64,000 nt of DNA from Candidatus Woesearchaeota archaeon (GTDB lineage: Archaea; Nanobdellota; Nanobdellia; Pacearchaeales; GW2011-AR1). Positions within the stretch are counted from its first letter, which is position 1; each line of letters begins with the position of its first letter. Positions 63,320-64,000 of the stretch are shown piece by piece. The notes under the pieces were generated by a model, which was not told the DNA's origin, did not search any database, and saw only the letters and a list, made by a program, of their open reading frames with translations. Location: positions 125-64,124 of the forward strand of contig CAYFFD010000002.1 in assembly GCA_964342415.1 (NCBI GenBank). Direction: 5' to 3'. The position numbers were made by a program, and so were the translations under genes.

Positions 63320-64000
63320 TACCCATCTCTAAAATTTCTTCCCATGATTTAACGTTTAAAGCCACGAGAGCTTCCTTGAATGTTAAAATTGGTTTTTCAT
63401 ATTTTGCAAAATCATCAATTGCAATTCTTGGACATGCTAATTCAATGAATGCATCAATGTTGTAAAAATTCATAAGCTTATCAGGAGTGAGTTCAGACAT
63501 TGTTATAAGAATAGGATTTTTCCCTTGCTCTTTTAATTTATTCAACAAGAATTTTGGTTCTCCAAATTTTTGCCCTGGCTTGATTTCAATTATCACCCCC
63601 ACAGTTTCCGCTTCTCTAAGTTTTTCAATTGAAATTGCCCTTTGCTTCAAAATTTTATCCCTTAACTTTTCCATACTTTTTACTTCATCATTATAAACAT
63701 CAATTAAGATAACTGGTTTCTCAATGTTTAACGTGGCTCCAAGAGAATGAAAATTATTCCCTATTACAACAAAAGCATCAACTTGTTTTTCTATTGATTT
63801 CAATCCGGTGTATTGGCAGCCGACAACATGTCCTTCATATTCAACCAATCCTTTTTTCTTAGAAAGAATTATTTTTTTTCCATTATCTTCATAGAATTTT
63901 TTTATGTTCTCAACATCATGTCTATGTTGAATTGAATAACTTAAACCAAGAGTTTTGAATTTCTCAAGTTCTTTCAAGGATTTTTCTAAGATTGGTTTCA
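63312..64000 (-). CDS. dph2: diphthamide synthesis protein Dph2 (2-(3-amino-3-carboxypropyl)histidine synthase), 5' end outside window
   Basis: HVVGCQYTGL and ELACPRIAIDD, typical of Dph2. The frame stays open to the window edge; the track start at 63977 is a TTG. Confidence 0.75.
   Translation of the reverse strand, partial: KPILEKSLKELEKFKTLGLSYSIQHRHDVENIKKFYEDNGKKIILSKKKGLVEYEGHVVGCQYTGLKSIEKQVDAFVVIGNNFHSLGATLNIEKPVILIDVYNDEVKSMEKLRDKILKQRAISIEKLREAETVGVIIEIKPGQKFGEPKFLLNKLKEQGKNPILITMSELTPDKLMNFYNIDAFIELACPRIAIDDFAKYEKPILTFKEALVALNVKSWEEILEMGIV

Noticed and set aside
353-63696. Many 60-160 aa ORFs in the track lie antisense or out of frame inside well-supported genes. Examples: 353-538, 542-733, 7091-7399, 12007-12189, 13298-13486, 13987-14205, 14265-14561, 16955-17504, 19376-19712, 20859-21338, 22506-23468, 24430-25105, 26158-26582, 27958-28149, 33108-33308, 33452-33918, 34776-35195, 36734-36961, 40385-40756, 42252-42597, 43442-43789, 47550-47759, 48682-48870, 50354-50891, 51068-51935, 52734-52919, 57773-58039, 58357-58605, 59351-59542, 59614-60093, 63487-63696.
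   Set aside because: They are shadow ORFs of the kind expected in AT-rich DNA with few stops on the opposite strand. Their translations are low-complexity (F/L/I/S-rich), and they overlap genes with clear family motifs.
1-64000. Search for rRNA genes, CRISPR arrays, transposases or integrases, and prophage blocks.
   Set aside because: None were seen. There are no spaced direct-repeat arrays, no DDE or tyrosine-recombinase motifs in any ORF, and no GC-rich rRNA-like stretches. The only GC-rich islands are the three tRNAs.

Overview
The window reads as a contiguous chromosomal stretch from a very AT-rich archaeon (roughly 30% G+C by eye) with a small, densely packed genome. It is most consistent with a DPANN-type lineage. 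Archaeal markers are RNAP subunits H/B/A plus a short KH-type NusA, the RpoE'-Spt4-S24e-S27ae cluster, the diphthamide genes Dph2 and Dph6, and a class-III-signal pilin. These are mixed with many bacterial-type genes: NrdR, ThyA/FolA, SufS/SufU, DsbA, and CFA synthase. All family calls rest on motifs recognised by eye in the supplied translations; no similarity search was possible.

Layout:
- 1-6.5 kb: a LamG surface protein, a GT-C-like membrane protein, a Wzm/Wzt-type ABC exporter, a pyruvyl-transferase-like gene and a Rieske oxygenase.
- 6.5-28.2 kb: one 15-gene co-directional minus-strand array. It starts with rpoH-rpoB-rpoA-nusA and runs without a break into six glycosyltransferases. It ends in an amide/amine-tailoring module: a PP-loop protein, AsnB, a PaaK-like ligase, a Cys-less AsnB paralogue and a group II PLP decarboxylase.
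- 28.8-29.3 kb: tRNA-Lys and thioredoxin.
- 29.9-37.2 kb: a dNTP-supply island, nrdR-nrdJ-cobO, dcd, a long DCD, thyA and folA, with two NrdR-box-like sites upstream.
- 37.5-53 kb: mixed housekeeping and orphan genes. These include an ATP-cone/PD-(D/E)xK nuclease fusion, exported redox proteins, tRNA-Trp, tRNA-His, hisS, a GluRS lacking its anticodon-binding domains, and two CX5R phosphatase-like genes each coupled to an aaRS gene.
- 53.3-58.9 kb: an atypical suf operon (sufB-sufS-alaX-sufU-sufC-FNR-like). It has a divergent Cys-rich HTH regulator and a perfect 18-bp palindrome at the sufB start.
- 58.9-64 kb: DsbA plus a CxxC membrane protein, a decayed gene, and sod with a duplicated 3' tail bracketing a mini-ORF. 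These are followed by DUF1858-like, VTT-like and partial dph2 genes.

No rRNA, CRISPR array or recognisable transposase was seen.

The best candidates for something undescribed are:
- the glycan island with its amide/amine-tailoring module fused to the RNAP operon;
- the single-ORF RpoA;
- the truncated GluRS;
- the ATP-cone nuclease.
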